Program-made: the position numbers and the translations under genes
Notes under the pieces: generated by a model
The model's database searches: none
Told to the model about the DNA's origin: nothing
The model's input: only the letters and a program-made list of their open reading frames with translations
Shown here: piece by piece, positions 53,801 to 64,000 of the stretch
Numbering within the stretch: the stretch's first letter is position 1
Layout: the number at the start of each line of letters is the position of its first letter
Sequence record: PQ898399.1
Direction: 5' to 3' (one strand)
Length of the DNA: 64,000 nt

Positions 53801-56800
53801 ACAGGTAACGGTTCTGCCCGGTCTGGGATGGAGTCAGAGTAAACAGGTGATCCCACTTACGCTGTGCAGCATCTTTCTGAGCCGGAGTAGCCTTAGACCA
53901 GTCACCATTGTGGAAGTCTTTAGGCTGGATCTTCTGACGTGCAGCTTCCCAGGATTTACGCAGTTCACGGTTAACCGCAGTACCAAAACCAGAGTTCAGA
54001 GAAGCAGCAACCGCTGTCTCAATGGACTCGATAGCAAACGCTTCCTGGTCGGTCATATGGAAGCCTGCACCCAGAGCTTTAGTGGTATACGGTGCTTTGC
54101 CTGTTGCCAGTGCATTAGCCCACACCTGACCCGGAGTGTAGTTGTTGGTATTGGTAGTCAGTTCACTCGGAACCTGGCTAAACAGTTTATCCGATACATT
54201 CTCAATCACTTTACCTAAATTACTGGTAAAGGCTGGATCGTTCTTCTTACCATTAGAAGATGAAGCCAGTGAATCGAATACCTGACGGTGGCTATACTGC
54301 CCTACGGCCTGAGCAGACTTCGCTGAGGAAGCCATAGGCAGGTTAAGGGATACATCACCACCCTGAGTATTGGATGCCTGGATCAGTTCAGCCGTATCCA
54401 TAATCAGAGCTTCAGTAGCACTGAATTTCTGGGCGTTAGGCTTACGTCCAACAAAGGCGTAGACAGCATTGAGCACATTGGTAGCGAACTCGCTAAACAG
54501 TGTGGTTAAACGCTTACGGCTACGGTTACCAACAGAAGTCTGAACACCGTCGAGGAACTGCTGGAAACGTGGGTTAGTCATACCCCATGAAACCAGTTCA
54601 TCAACGTTACGGACAGCCGGAGCAAACTCAGAGTAAGCAGAGTTGCTTTCTACCAGAGTTTTAATTTCACCGTGTAGACCTTCCAGACGTGTCAGTACCT
54701 GAGCAACCGCAGGGTTACCTTTAGGATCACGACGTGCAGCATCCAGAGCACGAGCAGTAGCAGCATGAAGCATTTCATGCAGCACAACCTCTAAGCCCGG
54801 AGCTTCTGGCCCATCCATCTTAATGTTGACCTGGTTAGTGTTCTTATCAGAGTAGAACCATGCGCGAGCATTAGTATTCTGATCAGCACCCTTAACACCC
54901 TTCGGATTAGTCATACCGGAAATGATATTCACGGTAAGGTTATCCGGGAGTGCAGCAGACAACACTTTAGCCAGTTCAGCGTAAGTAGTACGCATACGAG
55001 TCTGGATCTTAGAACCATCAGTTTTACCGGAAGCCAGAGCTTTAACAGTAAAGTCCATCAGGTCTTTGGCTTTTACCACACCGTCTTTGTGGCTCATCAG
55101 GAAGCGTTCTAACGCGTTTTTCTGTTGAGTTGACACAATGGCAGGCTCAGAGTCGCTTGCCGCTTCCTCAACTGCCTGGCGGCGTTGAGCAGCGTCCAGC
55201 TTCTCATTCGCACGAGCTTGCTTAGAAGTACCAGCAGTTAACTGGCTTGCCAGTGTAGTACCCAGGGTTTCAGCTTCAGCTACGGCTGAGTCACGCTGAG
55301 AACGCAGCTTCTCAATCTTCTTGTCGAGAGCCTTACGGTCGGCAGCAGTAACCTGATATTCACCACCTTCGTAACCATATTGGTTTACGTACTCAATCCC
55401 TTTCAGGGTTTCGAGTTTGGCGATCTCACGGTTATAAGCATCACCGACTACTCGGCCTAATACGACACTCGGATTAACAGGATCTTTGAAGTTACGATTG
55501 ATACCAACTTTGAAAGCCAGTTGACGCAGTGAAGCAGCTACGTTCGTCCAGTCGGACGGCGTTAAGTTCTGTTCAGTAGCATTCTCGCTAATGCCACGGA
55601 AGGAACGGATCATTGCTTCAGTGTTCGCTAACTGTGAGTCATAACCGGTAACCGTATCCCACATCGCCTTGTTCTGCGAGCGAGCACCTTCCACCATGTC
55701 TTTAATACCGAACAGGTTGGCATCGTGGAAGTTCTGTGCAGGACGTTCCGAGATAACACGAGTAGAGATAGCAGCATCAGTACCCTGAACAATCAACGCA
55801 GACGTAGATACACCTGGAGCAGCCTTGTCTTTGACTTGAGCACCAGAGGTATACGACGTGAACGTGTTGTTCTTCGTTTGGCTTAAGCCAGTGTTAGCAG
55901 GGTTGGCAGCGTCAGCAAAGAAGCCCTTCACTTCGGTAGCCGGGTTATTGGCATCGAAGGTGGTATTTGCTTTAGCAGCCACGTAGCCAGATTCCAGTTT
56001 ATTACTGGAGATGGAACCTGTAGCACTGGTGACAATAGCACTGGAGTTACGCAGTTGTTCGTTAAGTTTAGCTTTCGCGTTAGAGGATAAGCCTTCAACA
56101 GCTACGCCATTAACAGAACCCACTTGACCGTCACGAACAGCCTGTGCCAGAGCATTGGCTTCCACACGATCAGACAGCACTTTGTTTACTTCATACGCAG
56201 CGTTGGTGATCGCAGTATTGGTATCACGAGTCTCGATGTACTGAGCAGCTACCTGTTCAATCGCAGCCTCGGATGCCTCACCACGAGTAGCCATTTCCAC
56301 TTGCATGATTGCAGCAGTTACATCACGCGGCAGTTCATACGACAGAAGGCTTTCCGTTTTGCCAATGCCTTTAAATGCGGGAACTTTAATCCCTAGCGAT
56401 TGGCCTTGGCGCAGTACGATCTGAATAGCTTTATCCAGACGATTACGCAGCATATCCCCGGTTTCTTTGTCTTGACTGTAGGCTTTCGCAACATCAGCGA
56501 TATGCGAGTAGATGCCATCAATGGCGTCACGAGCACTTGCTCGCTTGAGCGAGTCTAAGCCAGAGCCATAGTTAAACGGGGTTGCCAGTACCTTGGCTTT
56601 TTTACGAGAGCCGAAGCCAGGAGATAAGTAATCAATCGCACGACGGAAGGCTTCATTCTGAGTGGTCGCCTTACCAACAGGAGCAGGGTACATCTGGTTC
56701 CAGAATGTATTCTGTGCTGCACCCAATAACTGGTAATAGTCCTGACCGCCTTTCTCACGGTACTGTGGCACGTTGGTTACACCAGCGTCAGCAGTGTAGA

Positions 56801-59800
56801 GGCCACCACGAGCGAGGAGGTCATAATCGGCTGTACCATAGAGAACGTTAGTAAGGATCGGGCCGTTGGTCACACCATCTGATTCACCGCCAATGGCTAC
56901 TCGTACATTATCAGCACCTGCTTCACGAGCCATATATTCCAATGCCAGTGCATGTAATGACTGGAAGGATTGTGGCCCCATGCCGAATTCTGCAACCATA
57001 TCTTTTACGGTAGCAATGTCTTTGGCGTTTGCATCTTCGTTGATTAAACGAGACATAGCCTGAATCGCTTCACGGACGCGTGGAGTATTCAGGTAGTCTT
57101 GCATACCTTGAAGATACGTAGCCCCGGTAACTTTATCCACGGTAGGCATATCGCCACCGTTTGGAGTCTTGATCGGGGCTTCTTCCATACCCTGTGCAAC
57201 AGTAAGCAGGAATTGACCATATTCAGTGATATTCCCGGTGGCATCCATAGGAGCCTGGTTTAAAGGAATAGCAGTCTGGTGGGCTTCCATACCTACCATG
57301 ATACGGTGGATCTTATTACCTTGTGGGTTAAGCATATTGCTTGCTACACCAACACGGTTGTTTGACCACACTGCCAATGGCAGGAAGATTTGCTGGTCTG
57401 GGGAAGCCAGTCCATTAATAACTTCATTACCGTTTTCCAGAGCACGGAGGATATCAGCGTTCTTCGCTTCCTGACCGATACGGTCACGGTCGTGCATGAA
57501 CGGAGTTTCCGCTTTGGTACGGACACCCATCATGTGTTGCAGAGAAGCTGCATCAACTTCGCCGATCTTATTCAGAGTATTCACCAGAGAGGTGTTTACT
57601 TTGTACGGCTGCTGTTGTGCTTTGGTCAGACGTTCTGCCAGTTCAGACGGCACAGCTTGCCCGAAGTCACCAACGGTACGCTGCATGAATTTCCCTGGTT
57701 TCTCGTACAGCGGGAATACCTGGGAAGAGTCAAAACTGAACAACTTAGACATAACGCCTTTAGTGCTTTTACTCGCATCAACAATACGACCGATCACATC
57801 GGCAGGTACGAGCTTACCATTAACTTCTTTACGTGGTACACGCACGAAGTTGAAGGTTACACGGGACTTGTTAACAGGCTGTCCACCCAGGAAGTCACGA
57901 GAGAACTCAGCCAGCTTAGTCTGTGCTGCATCAGGCTCTAAACCAGATACCAGAATGTCAGCGTATTCACGGGCAGACATGGTGGTCTGTTCCAGATAGC
58001 CACGCTTCATCATGGTATGGAGAGCATACATACCCAGAGCTTGCTGCATACGGCCAGCACGGTTTGGATCCACATCAGGCAGGACTTTGAAGCCCAGCAT
58101 CTGGTATGCACGTTGACCCAGTGACTGTACTACAGCACGCTGGCTTGAACCGATTTCAGAGTAACGGTTAACCAGTTCGGTAGACACTTCGGACGAGTCA
58201 ATGTGGAACAGTGATGCCAGATCGTCACGAGTAGCGATCAGGTTATTACCATTCTCTGCAAGCCAGGAGAACATGGAGGCACTCATTGCCGTCTTAGTGT
58301 TCTCATCCAGTTGACCGTTTTCATTAACCAGATACTGAACAAAATCCTGATAACGGAAGTTAGCCAGGTCATTACCAGTTTTAGTTTTACCCTGTTTAAC
58401 TTTGATAGCTGCATCAATATCGCCAGCTACTTTGTTATGGAACTGGGTAAACATACCGATAAAGTTCTTCTGGGCAGCATCCATAGGAGTTGCCAGATAG
58501 CGGTTTACTTCTGTGAAGCGACCAGACCAATCAGCTTTTGAGATAACCCCGGACATAAAGTTAGGCACTGTAACCAGTGGGTTAACAAAGCCCTCCCGTA
58601 TTTTCTGGATGAAACCAGTGAGTACAAGGTTCTGCTGTTCGAAAGGTTTGGCGAGTTCTTCAGTTCGTGCAGCCTCAAGGGATTTACCTTCAGGACGAAG
58701 CACAGAAACAGAGCCTTCAGCTTTGGTGTTTTCATCAGATTTAACCGCAGTAGTTTGATCGGATACAACGTTAGCATCAGTCTCAGTAGTGCTTACCGGA
58801 GCAGGATCGACTTCATTGGTAGTAGCCAGGTTTGGCTGTTCCTGTTGAGTCTGGGTTTCTGCTGGTGCAATACGTTCCTGCTGCTTAGCAGTACGAGTTT
58901 TCAGATCATCAGAAGTACGACGGTTAGGACGGTCGATTTTCTTCTGTTTCTGTTCAGTCGCTCCTGACTCCACTGCTGCCGGTTCCGGCTTCGCCTGCAC
59001 CGTTGCAGTTGCATCAGTCGCTGGTGTAGTGGTTGGGGCAGGGGAGGACGGCTGCGTAGCGTTAGCGGTAGCAGACGGACGAGCCTGACTCATTGCATCG
59101 AGTGCGCGAGAGGTTGCCTGAATAGCTTCTGCTTCCTGCTGGATACGGGAAACCAGTCCACCAGATTTAGCGTGGATATCCAGAGCACCATTCAGAGTTT
59201 TGGCTTTACCTTTCAGCTTTGCACCTGGGTTAATTATCCATTGGTTGCCTTGACGGATAATCTGACCATATTGCTGGTTATCCATCATCTGCTGAGCCAG
59301 TGCAGCTTTCTGAGTATGTGACTGTTCAAAGCGAGCCAGTGAATCACGCAGGTTAGCTGCCAGAGTGGTATTGCCACTACGGATAGCATCAGCGTATTGA
59401 GAGGTGTAGTCACCAAGTGAACGGTAACCTTTACCGCCCTGCATAATATCCTGGTTTACAGTGAGATCAGATTTGAGGTTGTTTTGAGCAACTCGTGCAT
59501 CAGCCAGAGCGCGTATAGCATCCCGTTGAGTCTCACTAAAACGGTTAGTTGTGTCATCAGCCAGAGTTCTCAGTTGTTCCGGGGTGTACTGCATCGGATG
59601 CGTTACAACGTGATCAGCAGCAGTGTCCACCTGTTCCTGAGTAGCATCAGGGTTGGTAGCAGTCTCTACTTGCTGTTCTACTTCAGATGGTGAGACTTTC
59701 TCACGAATACCAGCAGCAGTTTCAAACTGGCTGTAGGCATTACGGATTCGCTCAGCATTTTGCGTAGCAGCCTGATAACGTTCAACCAGAGAGTTCTGTT

Positions 59801-61736
59801 GTTCCTCGTTGTAAGCACGAGAATCAATATCAGCAATACGCTGAGTGAACTGATCCACAATAGCCTGTTTCTGTGGGCTATCCGGGTACTGATCCAGTTC
59901 TGCAAGTTTTTCAGTCAATGCAGCACGCATTGCATTGTCTTGCTGGATCTGGTCGATTTCTTCACGTACTGAAGCCAGTTCTGCTTCAGCATTGTCGCGT
60001 ACTGACTGAGCACGGTTAACAGCTTCAGCTTTAACTTCTGGTGTAGCGTTAGCATCAGCCACAACATTGAGTTGCTGACGAATAGCAGCCTGTGGGTTGT
60101 AGTCCACATGTTCTGGGTTGGTCAGATCTTCAAATGGCTTAGCAGCATCCTCAGCAGCTTTACGAGCTTCGGCAGCTTGTGGGTTAGCAGCTTCTGCGCG
60201 TTCACGAGTAGCAATACGAGCAGCATCAACACTACGGGCTATACCAGCACCGATAGTAGATGGGCCAGTCATTACGCCAGCAGACAGAGCACCAAGCACA
60301 CCAGCATTGATGTTACCCTCGGTATCCCAACGGTTATCACCGAGCAGGTTACGAGTTTCAATCTGGTTCTGAGCAGCTTCTGTCAGGCCATTGATAGCCA
60401 TAGTGGTAGCAAGCTCACGTACAGGCTCTGCACCAAGAATGGACTTTGCTGCATTAGCAAGGCGAGATACGCCAGACCCAGCGATAGCCCTGGAAGCCGC
60501 TTGTCCGATGGCAGAGTCAGCCAGTGCTTCACCACCACGACGAAGTGGAGCTGTGATAGCAAGGTTAGAAAGACCAGAAAGAGCGCGAGCATTGACGACG
60601 TTCTCCACAAAGTTCAAGCCAGAGTGCAAAGCATTCCACTGGCTAACATCGGCAATCTGTTCGTCAGTAGGTAACTGACCATCAGCTTGACCACGGATAC
60701 CATCAATCTGGTTTTGTACTGCCTGACCTGCTGTACCCGCACCGATACCAATCGGGCCAAGTGCATAAGGCAGAGATTCAGCAGCAGACTGAACGACGAG
60801 AGAAGGATTCTGTAAGTATTCACCTACAGTGTTGAGGATCGCACCTGGGATAGAGAGGTTTTTATTTTCTTCTTCCAGTTGCTGAGCCAGACGCTGTGAC
60901 TGTTCACGGTTAACCCAAGAATCGGTTCCCCATTCGTTATCGACACCCTGGTTTGGATTACCCAGTGATTTGCTCGCAGTGTCCAGAGCAGACTGAGCAC
61001 GTTGTAGACGCTGGCGAACATTCTCACCACCACGTTGCTGAACAGGCATACCAGGGTACTGAGGGATATAAATCTCAGTATTAGCGAACTCATCAGCAGG
61101 GCGATCCAGAAGCTGTGCATCACCAGGGTATGCAGTCTGCTGACGTGCTACCTGGTCTACAGCCTGGATACGTTCGGCGTTAGCACCCGGAGTACCGTTA
61201 AGGATATCCTGAGCCACCAGAGCATTACGTGCCACAGTGCTACGTTGTTCTGCCTGGTTCTGGACTTGCTCACGGTTGAAAGCCAGACGTTCAGCATCAG
61301 TAGTTCCATACAGTGCAGAGTTGGCATTGTCCAGATTGCCTTTGTTGGCAAGCTGTAAAGCGATACGAGCCAGAGAGCTACCGAAACCACCCACAGCATT
61401 ACTAACCTGAGCACCAGCTTTAACCAAAGCAGAGCCGGATTCTAAGTCGGTAGTTGGGGTAAATTTCTGGAGGTCTTCAGCCATAGCTGATTGAACTTGT
61501 TCACGTCCTTTCGCCATATTGTCGAAACGTGCAATTTCGCCCGCTAAAGTAGGGAACTGACCTTTCGCAGCGAAATCAGAAGTGATTCGCTGTGTAGCGT
61601 CAGCAACCTGGAGATCTTTAGTAGAAACAGGCTGCACAGGAGCAGCCTGGGGGACAGAAATAGCCGGGGTAGGATTAGTGAACTCGCCGTTGCTTAAAGC
61701 ATTTAAAGCCTGGGTCAACAGAGAGTCGCGGGCCAT
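50865..61736 (-). CDS. Virion-encapsidated RNA polymerase (N4 gp50-like vRNAP)
   Basis: 3623 aa; motif A ESDGVTNG, motif B RKKAKVLATPFNYGS, motif C FHDA; typical C-terminal FTKYRLRIQR. Confidence 0.97.
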   Translation of the reverse strand: MARDSLLTQALNALSNGEFTNPTPAISVPQAAPVQPVSTKDLQVADATQRITSDFAAKGQFPTLAGEIARFDNMAKGREQVQSAMAEDLQKFTPTTDLESGSALVKAGAQVSNAVGGFGSSLARIALQLANKGNLDNANSALYGTTDAERLAFNREQVQNQAEQRSTVARNALVAQDILNGTPGANAERIQAVDQVARQQTAYPGDAQLLDRPADEFANTEIYIPQYPGMPVQQRGGENVRQRLQRAQSALDTASKSLGNPNQGVDNEWGTDSWVNREQSQRLAQQLEEENKNLSIPGAILNTVGEYLQNPSLVVQSAAESLPYALGPIGIGAGTAGQAVQNQIDGIRGQADGQLPTDEQIADVSQWNALHSGLNFVENVVNARALSGLSNLAITAPLRRGGEALADSAIGQAASRAIAGSGVSRLANAAKSILGAEPVRELATTMAINGLTEAAQNQIETRNLLGDNRWDTEGNINAGVLGALSAGVMTGPSTIGAGIARSVDAARIATRERAEAANPQAAEARKAAEDAAKPFEDLTNPEHVDYNPQAAIRQQLNVVADANATPEVKAEAVNRAQSVRDNAEAELASVREEIDQIQQDNAMRAALTEKLAELDQYPDSPQKQAIVDQFTQRIADIDSRAYNEEQQNSLVERYQAATQNAERIRNAYSQFETAAGIREKVSPSEVEQQVETATNPDATQEQVDTAADHVVTHPMQYTPEQLRTLADDTTNRFSETQRDAIRALADARVAQNNLKSDLTVNQDIMQGGKGYRSLGDYTSQYADAIRSGNTTLAANLRDSLARFEQSHTQKAALAQQMMDNQQYGQIIRQGNQWIINPGAKLKGKAKTLNGALDIHAKSGGLVSRIQQEAEAIQATSRALDAMSQARPSATANATQPSSPAPTTTPATDATATVQAKPEPAAVESGATEQKQKKIDRPNRRTSDDLKTRTAKQQERIAPAETQTQQEQPNLATTNEVDPAPVSTTETDANVVSDQTTAVKSDENTKAEGSVSVLRPEGKSLEAARTEELAKPFEQQNLVLTGFIQKIREGFVNPLVTVPNFMSGVISKADWSGRFTEVNRYLATPMDAAQKNFIGMFTQFHNKVAGDIDAAIKVKQGKTKTGNDLANFRYQDFVQYLVNENGQLDENTKTAMSASMFSWLAENGNNLIATRDDLASLFHIDSSEVSTELVNRYSEIGSSQRAVVQSLGQRAYQMLGFKVLPDVDPNRAGRMQQALGMYALHTMMKRGYLEQTTMSAREYADILVSGLEPDAAQTKLAEFSRDFLGGQPVNKSRVTFNFVRVPRKEVNGKLVPADVIGRIVDASKSTKGVMSKLFSFDSSQVFPLYEKPGKFMQRTVGDFGQAVPSELAERLTKAQQQPYKVNTSLVNTLNKIGEVDAASLQHMMGVRTKAETPFMHDRDRIGQEAKNADILRALENGNEVINGLASPDQQIFLPLAVWSNNRVGVASNMLNPQGNKIHRIMVGMEAHQTAIPLNQAPMDATGNITEYGQFLLTVAQGMEEAPIKTPNGGDMPTVDKVTGATYLQGMQDYLNTPRVREAIQAMSRLINEDANAKDIATVKDMVAEFGMGPQSFQSLHALALEYMAREAGADNVRVAIGGESDGVTNGPILTNVLYGTADYDLLARGGLYTADAGVTNVPQYREKGGQDYYQLLGAAQNTFWNQMYPAPVGKATTQNEAFRRAIDYLSPGFGSRKKAKVLATPFNYGSGLDSLKRASARDAIDGIYSHIADVAKAYSQDKETGDMLRNRLDKAIQIVLRQGQSLGIKVPAFKGIGKTESLLSYELPRDVTAAIMQVEMATRGEASEAAIEQVAAQYIETRDTNTAITNAAYEVNKVLSDRVEANALAQAVRDGQVGSVNGVAVEGLSSNAKAKLNEQLRNSSAIVTSATGSISSNKLESGYVAAKANTTFDANNPATEVKGFFADAANPANTGLSQTKNNTFTSYTSGAQVKDKAAPGVSTSALIVQGTDAAISTRVISERPAQNFHDANLFGIKDMVEGARSQNKAMWDTVTGYDSQLANTEAMIRSFRGISENATEQNLTPSDWTNVAASLRQLAFKVGINRNFKDPVNPSVVLGRVVGDAYNREIAKLETLKGIEYVNQYGYEGGEYQVTAADRKALDKKIEKLRSQRDSAVAEAETLGTTLASQLTAGTSKQARANEKLDAAQRRQAVEEAASDSEPAIVSTQQKNALERFLMSHKDGVVKAKDLMDFTVKALASGKTDGSKIQTRMRTTYAELAKVLSAALPDNLTVNIISGMTNPKGVKGADQNTNARAWFYSDKNTNQVNIKMDGPEAPGLEVVLHEMLHAATARALDAARRDPKGNPAVAQVLTRLEGLHGEIKTLVESNSAYSEFAPAVRNVDELVSWGMTNPRFQQFLDGVQTSVGNRSRKRLTTLFSEFATNVLNAVYAFVGRKPNAQKFSATEALIMDTAELIQASNTQGGDVSLNLPMASSAKSAQAVGQYSHRQVFDSLASSSNGKKNDPAFTSNLGKVIENVSDKLFSQVPSELTTNTNNYTPGQVWANALATGKAPYTTKALGAGFHMTDQEAFAIESIETAVAASLNSGFGTAVNRELRKSWEAARQKIQPKDFHNGDWSKATPAQKDAAQRKWDHLFTLTPSQTGQNRYLSQFVAMTLGHEETSKLMGFTTKVADSTTPKSNFEKAAAYLSHAVNWASGFLSRTNEGQLVNQKAQALAEQLVEIDLKNRDKSMGKVEEAFTYMSDLGEAVGRKVMNGVHATADTDLIKNSRSPIVRFAGSVTRLAAKRDLDRVGETLRQMRDLNNPNTEDGWAAQILSDISNPDKVRSAFESLQRHTNLIEQRRRNLAEITRGNVMEMFQDSGKYLTEDDKTALTYTLMRTEAHSLLNSYSLDDVQKFVSDGRSRKAEIGKLEKSLLTQPNGNDMVIRAKALGYYMVTGKATIPGMAKNAQAIASGAGTHYVTTALPDRSGAVVESIDNLASLYAMQYSNPEHLQRTAAVMKREMPNQDNGIKAMLNVHKVLSEDAASTLFADNEISRIKGYIPEVTNPYRDVKIVDKGEGAELEAMGYQFVGMVPTDPTIPSLGQKAMYVTQDNGSQRYVSGAMSLTSNHRKGTTAVRNQNYQKAQGATVADGRKAVYAAAQRRAKMDASKFDPAEVKDTYMIPVFGTDGRIMDFQYEMQHVNRDTLLDRNNDFAHLLGQYAGQTFDKQNSPTQNRVVMEALHEDFKSNYAAAPERYVAIGPMSKDARAREIWAMLPEQTRYEAQEIWGAGEPLQVRSDLVNLVFGFRKLTVANAFDKDAMDRNMAESLATSVFSALSGKDAKRVAVQTERAAQEGMALFKDIIVLRNVSTLMRNLLGNVALLKAYGVSPTDIVRDTKTALQAGLSYRKNTALLLKYQQQQRAGLGDFNELEQRIIQLEDQIARNPIKDFIEAGTMPSIVDDVDTSDTSYTYASGLQRKVSGVTDKIPASVRTVAKWAFVSKDTPLYKFLSNTAQFGDFTSKYVLYKYSMEKADRKLNHDEAIQRASDAFVNYDIPTSAELQYLNDIGVMMFTKYRLRIQRAMLTLMKERPGSALAQSVLVSRFTNAPSALEPNIFTGFGDPFASGVLQLPGAVTQPLPIKLMSNMF

Positions 61737-61738
61737 TT

Positions 61739-62872
61739 TTATTCCTCGTCATCAAGATTAAGTAACTGTAAGGCCAGTGGGTTCACAGAACCATTGCCTC
61801 CCAATGCACTTAATAATACTTGCTGACGAGCGAGTTGAGTAGCTCTTTTGTTAGAGATACGAGCCTGAGTGTTTTGCAACTGAGACTGTTGGGCTTTCTG
61901 AAGCTGGTCAATGGCTTGTTTACCCCAATCCAGTGCAGCTTTATCAGGTGAACCATCGGCACTGTCGAATGCTCGGTTCATACCTTCCAGCAGATTAACT
62001 TGCTGTGCTGGAGTCAGTGTACCTTCAGGGTCAAGTTGACCTACCAGTTTTTGTAGCTTCGTACCACGTTCCGGGTTAAACCAGTACCAAGGATTATTTT
62101 CCTCGTTGATACGAGCAACCGTAGCATCTGGGTTAGCCTTTGGGTTGTTGAGAGGATTACTCTTCTCAGCCTCAGCAGCACGTTTGTTACGTTCTTCTAC
62201 GGCAGCAGCTACAGAGTCCTGTTCTGCTGTAGCATTGATACCAGTAATGGTTTTAAGCAGGTTTTGCATCTGCTTGTTGCCATTGCTTACTGCCGCAGCA
62301 CGATCCCTTGCAGCTTGTTGACGTAAGGCCAAACCAGCCTGTTGAATGCCCAGTTGCTTTTGCTGAATGCCACGATTGAACTGTTCATCAGCACGGTTAG
62401 CACCAAACACTACTGCTTTGGACGCATCACCTTGCACCTGGCTTAACAGGTTGTTAGCCCCGGCTGTGTCACCTGAAGCATACAGACTCATAGCCTGATT
62501 AATCAGGGGTTGGTCATGTTGCTGTTGGGTAAACTCAGTCAGGGCATTTTGGCCTCGTTGACGGTTAATGAGGGTGTCAGGCATCGTCAGTTGTGCTCGT
62601 TGCACCGCCTCATTGTTAATGTCACCACCGGCAGCCTGTAACAGTGCATTGGCAGTTTGCTGACGTTGAGCCAGGTCATTTAAGTCCGTAGCCCCCGTCA
62701 GAGTATTAACAACATTGGCAGTGTTACGATCCACAACTGCATTACGGTAGCCCGTAAAGGCATCAGTCAAACCGCCAGCACCTTGCAGAATCATCTGCTG
62801 GGCTGCACGTAGCAACTGGTTAGAGTCGCCAAAGTTAACTGGTGCTAACTGCTGTGGACGAATAGTAGCCAT
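61739..62872 (-). CDS. Internal virion/ejection protein (N4 gp51 position)
   Basis: Gln/Ala/Asn-rich; directly upstream of vRNAP. Confidence 0.7.
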   Translation of the reverse strand: MATIRPQQLAPVNFGDSNQLLRAAQQMILQGAGGLTDAFTGYRNAVVDRNTANVVNTLTGATDLNDLAQRQQTANALLQAAGGDINNEAVQRAQLTMPDTLINRQRGQNALTEFTQQQHDQPLINQAMSLYASGDTAGANNLLSQVQGDASKAVVFGANRADEQFNRGIQQKQLGIQQAGLALRQQAARDRAAAVSNGNKQMQNLLKTITGINATAEQDSVAAAVEERNKRAAEAEKSNPLNNPKANPDATVARINEENNPWYWFNPERGTKLQKLVGQLDPEGTLTPAQQVNLLEGMNRAFDSADGSPDKAALDWGKQAIDQLQKAQQSQLQNTQARISNKRATQLARQQVLLSALGGNGSVNPLALQLLNLDDEE

Positions 62873-63294
62873 TAGCTGATCCCGTATTTCTTCATGTAAG
62901 AGTCAACAGACTCGTAGGCATTAGGGTTAGAAGCCACACGAGCTTTCTGGCGATCTTCCAGAGCAGCGTTAGTAGACTTCACATTTGCACCCCACTGTTT
63001 ATCCCAGTTCTTCTGAGCCTGACGAGCCTGGTCTTTAGCCAGCCCCAGGTTCTGGAAACCGAGATAACCGGACAGCAGGCCATTAGCCGCACCCAAACCC
63101 AGTTGACCAAGCTGAAGCCCGGAAATACCGCCCAGGGAATCAGCCAGACTACCCGTGTTAAAGGTATTAGCAGGTGCTCCGGTGAGAATACTGGAACCTG
63201 TCATACCCGGCGTTGCTGGTACTAAACCAGTAGTCTGAGTGGCATCATTACCGCCAAACAGATTCTGAAGCCAGGAAGTTAAGTTGTCACCCAT
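62872..63294 (-). CDS. Virion structural protein (N4 gp52-like)
   Basis: Gly-rich; LEDRQKARVASNPNAYESVDSYMKKYGI C-terminus. Confidence 0.8.
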   Translation of the reverse strand: MGDNLTSWLQNLFGGNDATQTTGLVPATPGMTGSSILTGAPANTFNTGSLADSLGGISGLQLGQLGLGAANGLLSGYLGFQNLGLAKDQARQAQKNWDKQWGANVKSTNAALEDRQKARVASNPNAYESVDSYMKKYGIS

Positions 63295-63303
63295 TGTGAC
63301 CTC

Positions 63304-64000
63304 CTATAAGTTGTCGTCGAGTATGTTGTTAAGCTCGAATGGTTTCTCAATATTCTGCTGGATCTGGTTCAAAATTGATACATTAGAAGGCAATGCAAAT
63401 GACTGAGTGAAGTACATCTCAGGCAGATTCAATGCTTCAATGCCAATGTTGGTATTCAGTGTCCGGGCATAATATTCCTCTGGGGTTTCCCCTAAGTATG
63501 AGTAACCCTGGATTGCTTTAAAGAATACGCCATCTTCAATGGTGTTAGGTGGATTTTCCAGTTCCTTCTGAGCACGTTCCAGTTCCTCCTGCTTCTGAGC
63601 AATCTCATCTTCGAGGTTCGCGATTTTACGTAACTCCTTCTCGATCATACCTTGTTGGGCAGATTGTGCAGCCTTAAATGCAACGTTGCTTACCTGCATC
63701 ATCTGTTGTGCTGTGATACTGAATGGCCCGGTAGTCCCAGAGAAGTACAGGTAACCAGTATAAATAGCAACAGCTACAGCAACGATGGTAGCAATGATAG
63801 CGAACACACCACCCAACTTACTGAATACGTGCTTACTCAATAGTGAGAATGCTACGTATGCACCGATAGCTGAAGCAGCCGCTGTTATAGCACCCACTAA
63901 AGTTAGTGATGCACCACCAGTCCACCAGGACAACACCACAGCAATGACCACCACTACAGCTTTAAAAATACCAGTTTGATACCATTTGGTTTTAACTGTG
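63304..64000 (-). CDS. Virion protein (N4 gp53-like), 5' part outside window
   Basis: Frame open to 64000; VKTKWYQTGIFK followed by long hydrophobic segments. Confidence 0.8.
   Translation of the reverse strand, partial: TVKTKWYQTGIFKAVVVVIAVVLSWWTGGASLTLVGAITAAASAIGAYVAFSLLSKHVFSKLGGVFAIIATIVAVAVAIYTGYLYFSGTTGPFSITAQQMMQVSNVAFKAAQSAQQGMIEKELRKIANLEDEIAQKQEELERAQKELENPPNTIEDGVFFKAIQGYSYLGETPEEYYARTLNTNIGIEALNLPEMYFTQSFALPSNVSILNQIQQNIEKPFELNNILDDNL

Noticed and set aside
1-64000. CRISPR array, tRNA/rRNA genes, integrase, introns or inteins in polymerase/terminase
   Set aside because: No repeat-spacer array or cloverleaf seen in the non-coding regions by eye (tRNAscan not run); the polymerase ORF is uninterrupted and both it and terL are of expected length.

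Overview
Most of the genome of an N4-like phage (Schitoviridae) with an enterobacterial host. Diagnostic genes are a 3623-aa virion RNA polymerase, a two-subunit RNAPII with a gp2-like activator, rIIA/rIIB, DNA polymerase, primase, SSB and terminase. The physical genome end probably lies at about 2.3-4.1 kb (inference). Layout: terminase (-) | terminal region | early and middle genes (+, 2.4-33.3 kb) | Ig-domain, lysis and tail-spike module (-, 33.4-41.9 kb) | replication genes (+, 42-50.9 kb) | vRNAP and virion genes (-, 50.9-64 kb). The most striking unexplained pattern is 10-12 small, otherwise unrelated early/middle proteins that share one 16-residue strand-then-helix motif, Phi-[TPSD]-x3-Phi-x2-Phi-K-T-x2-[LM]-Phi-G. 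Seven of them lie in one block behind their own hairpin promoter. Other notable items: vRNAP-type hairpin promoters with a non-canonical C-ATA-G loop; a candidate sRNA/primer unit; a ribosomal bL12 domain inside rIIB; a stripped-down ClpX-like ATPase in an SPFH/MoxR/vWA cluster; a clamp-binding-like C-terminus; a WcaM-like colanidase; and an SGNH tail esterase whose catalytic His is Arg. All family assignments come from motif recognition by eye. No database search was run.
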